Shown piece after piece: positions 59,329 to 61,799 of a DNA stretch of 61,799 bases. Made by a program: the position numbers and the translations under genes. Origin of the DNA: Patescibacteria group bacterium (GTDB taxonomy: Bacteria > Patescibacteriota > Microgenomatia > UBA1400 > MFAQ01); assembly GCA_943355005.1 (NCBI GenBank), contig CALRDV010000007.1, positions 1 through 61,799 of the forward strand. The letters are read 5' to 3'. Below the pieces are notes generated by a model. That model searched no databases. It saw only the letters and a program-made list of their open reading frames with translations, and had not been told where the DNA came from. Position 1 is the stretch's first letter, and each line of letters begins with the position of its first letter.

Positions 59329-59850
59329 CTACACAGACAACATCCAGTGATCATAGATTTTCCCTTTGTGATCCATATCTTTCCACCTTCCCTCAAAAGT
59401 CGTTTTTTTAATTTTTCTGATTCCCTTGCCGTATCTAGTTTTCGCCTGTTTCACGTTCGGATCCGCTAACCACAAAAAATCTTTTTCAACCCCAAAGACC
59501 ACGGAATAATGACCACACTCCAGCCTGTCATAGTATTTTTGCGATCCCCAAGCTTGATAGACCACAAGGCACAATTTATGGTTTTTGACCTTTTTCTCCA
59601 AATCAGACAGTGACGCCCCGTGCTTTTCTTTGAAATTTAAATCCATATCGTCGAAGAAATCCTTGATTCTCTCCGGATGGGTCCCGTGGCGCCTGGTAGT
59701 GCCCAATTTCCTCTTTAGAGTCTCTTTTCTGGGCGTATTACCCAAAGTCCGTAGAATTGTCATCACAGAAGCCAGGCCACATTCATAGCCATTTTGCTGA
59801 CGGGTCGGCTTTACAGGCACAAATAGTATTTTATCTCTCTTTTTGACCAC
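59329..59850 (-). CDS. Stand-alone C39-type cysteine peptidase
   Basis: QQNGYECG, GHYSVV, ADP, FEGRW. Confidence 0.85.
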   Translation of the reverse strand: MVKKRDKILFVPVKPTRQQNGYECGLASVMTILRTLGNTPRKETLKRKLGTTRRHGTHPERIKDFFDDMDLNFKEKHGASLSDLEKKVKNHKLCLVVYQAWGSQKYYDRLECGHYSVVFGVEKDFLWLADPNVKQAKTRYGKGIRKIKKTTFEGRWKDMDHKGKIYDHWMLSV

Positions 59851-59989
59851 GCCCTCATTGTAGCCCGAAAATCCACAATTTCAACCCCTGCCTGCCAACA
59901 GGCTGGTCCCCTTTAGCCTCGAACACACCTATTGAGTAGTTCCATCAAAAATGTATAATCTTCAGAAGCACCCTAAATAAGGAGGCATA

Positions 59990-60259
59990 ATGTCAGACCT
60001 TTTTGAGCCTAAGTTTGAAGTCAATGGTATCTACGCCAGAGATGAATTTGTCTTTCGTATGGAAGTAATCCTTACCACCATCCCCGATATCGATCCCTTC
60101 TACAAGAGCATTCAGGGCTTTATTGACTGGGCCAAAGGACACCCGGATAACTATGTCTTTGGTTTTGACACCGCCCAAAGTGGCATTATTTATCCCTTCG
60201 CCAGAATCGATGTTATTTTTCCCATCGTAGACCCAGAACAATCTCAAGACAGCCCCTAA
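59990..60259 (+). CDS. Small hypothetical protein
   Basis: TTGAGT-16-TATAAT promoter, SD aggagg, terminator 60246..60272. Confidence 0.6.
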   Translation: MSDLFEPKFEVNGIYARDEFVFRMEVILTTIPDIDPFYKSIQGFIDWAKGHPDNYVFGFDTAQSGIIYPFARIDVIFPIVDPEQSQDSP

Positions 60260-60277
60260 AGGCTGTCTTTTTGTTTT

Positions 60278-60982
60278 TCAATATTGATTATTTTTTAATA
60301 ACCATTCTTTAAAAGGACTTACGTCGGGAAAAAGACCAATCGGCAACCCCTCGAACTCCTCGATACTAGCTTCTTTTTTTGCAAAAATAAGTAAATCATT
60401 GTGATTACCGGTCCTGGCATCCAAGATCAGTTTAAAATTTGTAAGCAGATTCTTTAATCTTTCAACACTTCGTGGGAATGTTTTAATACCAAATCTAAAC
60501 AAATCAGAGGCCTGGGAGAAGATGGGAAAACTTGGATTATCTATAGTCATCACCAAAAGACCATTATCCGACACTCTTAAAGGAAAATTTACATTCATTT
60601 CTCGAAGTTGACCGTCGGACATAAAATCAGCAGTATAATCACAAATCAACAAATCTACCAAACCTAAGCCATCGGGAAATTGCTCTAGCTTTGCTTGTCG
60701 TACAAGATACTTTTCTTCATCACATTCCTTTAGTGCTTCTTTATTCTGATCCAAAATTACGACAGCCAAAGGGTTTTTAAAGAGATTCCTACACAAAGAC
60801 TCAAAATGTTCCGGTCTTGTGACTCTAGGATGAAGCCCGCCAAGGACTACCGTTAATTCCTCAGTCTCATCTTTACCGTCCATTACAAAGCCCTCAAGCT
60901 GTTCCAAAACATACCTGTAATATGGAACTTGTGCCGAAAGAGGCACCACCTCCTTTTCCTCATAATATCTCTTCCATTCCAT
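60278..60982 (-). CDS. Class I SAM-methyltransferase-like protein (degenerate motif I)
   Basis: VVLGG, ILDQN.EAL, VDLLICDY, NGLLVM. Confidence 0.55.
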   Translation of the reverse strand: MEWKRYYEEKEVVPLSAQVPYYRYVLEQLEGFVMDGKDETEELTVVLGGLHPRVTRPEHFESLCRNLFKNPLAVVILDQNKEALKECDEEKYLVRQAKLEQFPDGLGLVDLLICDYTADFMSDGQLREMNVNFPLRVSDNGLLVMTIDNPSFPIFSQASDLFRFGIKTFPRSVERLKNLLTNFKLILDARTGNHNDLLIFAKKEASIEEFEGLPIGLFPDVSPFKEWLLKNNQY

Positions 60983-61060
60983 GCCAACATTGTCCCATAC
61001 TCCACCTTCAATTTTACCCGACTTAATCTTTCTAACAAAAACCCCTAATTGGAGGTTTAA

Positions 61061-61270
61061 TTGTGGGCGCTCTTGGTCTGAGAAATTGTTCTCTCAAAAT
61101 ATCCCTCGCGGAGATTTTGAGGTTGAGAACAAGTTTGAAGATAGCCGGAGCCAAACCCGTAACGGAATTTGGCGAGGCCGGGGTGAAGGTAAAATCGAAG
61201 ATTTTAATCTGAACTCAACTAAAAAGACCCCAAGAGGAATCTTAATTAATTATTTTGTGGGCGCTCTTGG
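61061..61270. mobile_element. Structured non-coding element flanked by 16 bp direct repeats of the tRNA-Ile 3' end
   Basis: ttgtgggcgctcttgg at 61061..61076 and 61255..61270; the core 61077..61183 is homologous to 33238..33339. Confidence 0.65.
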
Positions 61271-61331
61271 GGTCGAACCAAGCACCTCGGTCTTATCAGG
61301 ACCGCGCTCTAACCAGATGAGCTAAGCGCCC
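61258..61331 (-). tRNA. tRNA-Ile (GAT)
   Basis: GGGCGCT...CTGATAA...GGTTCGACCCC...AGCGCCCA; CCA not encoded. Confidence 0.95.
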
Positions 61332-61414
61332 AAAACTACCCGTTTATTTTAACACAAGCAATCCTAAATAAGCACAAAATTCCCGCCTACCGGCGGGAAA
61401 ATTTTCATACAAAA

Positions 61415-61549
61415 CTAAATCAGAATCGCCACCACGACCATTGCCAAGCCTAGCATCCCCATCAACTTAGCCAAAAACCATTGTTTCTGAACCGCATTTA
61501 CCAAAGATACGATTCCCAACAATCCTGCCAAAAACAAAGCAAAAGCCAT
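61415..61549 (-). CDS. Small two-TM protein (44 aa), not in the ORF track
   Basis: MAFALFLAGLLGIVSLVNAVQKQWFLAKLMGMLGLAMVVVAILI; SD aggag; hairpin at 61381..61398 downstream. Confidence 0.45.
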   Translation of the reverse strand: MAFALFLAGLLGIVSLVNAVQKQWFLAKLMGMLGLAMVVVAILI

Positions 61550-61660
61550 AATCCCATCTCCTTCTCCGACTTTTAATCGGAACAAAAAATATCAGCGAAC
61601 AACTACCTATAGGATACATCATTTTTATCTAAAAGTCAAATCTAGCCACAAAATGAACCT

Positions 61661-61799
61661 CCACGGACAGACTCCGCAGTAGCTACGCATTGTCCGTGGT
61701 TTCTGGTTTGTATTTCATGAGAATCCCAAGCTTGTCTGCCGAGGAGTATCCAGTTTCCCTTGATACTTGATGTACTTCGTAATGGTACTTTCGTTAAGC
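61661..61799 (-). mobile_element. Right end of an IS200/IS605-family element
   Basis: Subterminal hairpin ccacggaca...tgtccgtgg (61661..61699) just downstream of the tnpA stop. Confidence 0.75.
61715..61799 (-). CDS. tnpA: IS200-family Y1 transposase, C-terminal fragment (cut by the window edge)
   Basis: ...LNESTITKYIKYQGKLD...: the catalytic Y-I-x-x-Q helix of TnpA. Confidence 0.75.
   Translation of the reverse strand, partial: LNESTITKYIKYQGKLDTPRQTSLGFS

Noticed and set aside
61061-61270. Classical tRNA-integrated genomic island
   Set aside because: Only ~180 bp between repeats, no integrase, and a homolog sits at an unrelated target (5S)
60981-61325. 114 aa ORF
   Set aside because: Runs across the structured element and antisense to tRNA-Ile

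Overview
A 61.8 kb AT-rich chromosomal window read with the standard genetic code. By inference from gene content it comes from a Patescibacteria/CPR bacterium, probably Microgenomates-like: unlinked rRNA genes, a type IV pilus cluster, GNVGIGTT-repeat giant proteins and many leaderless genes. In order, it holds: the 5' part of a giant modular GNVGIGTT-repeat surface protein that runs off the left edge and is missing from the ORF track; a promoter-driven three-GCAA-hairpin candidate sRNA; a copper-resistance cluster; two paralogous orphan proteins flanking a HAD enzyme; rpsA; a type IV pilus/T2SS-like cluster divergent from an unusual signalling operon (FNR-PAS fusion, VUT/YhhQ-like membrane PAS histidine kinase, response regulator); a tRNA-Ala-23S-5S unit with no 16S and an ORF-less group I intron at about E. 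coli 23S position 2504; a GGDEF cyclase; a pseudo-Nudix/HD/tandem-metallophosphoesterase neighbourhood; dus; M49-like and C39 peptidases; tRNA-Ile; and the end of an IS200 element. The most striking unexplained features are (i) a covarying ~105 bp structured element found twice, each time between direct repeats of the 3' end of a stable RNA gene (5S rRNA, tRNA-Ile), (ii) several palindromic repeat families inserted in frame in genes (copA, dus, pilin, MBL hydrolase, HMA chaperone), and (iii) the FNR-PAS plus VUT-kinase operon facing the pilus locus. All protein calls are by motif recognition only; no database searches were run.
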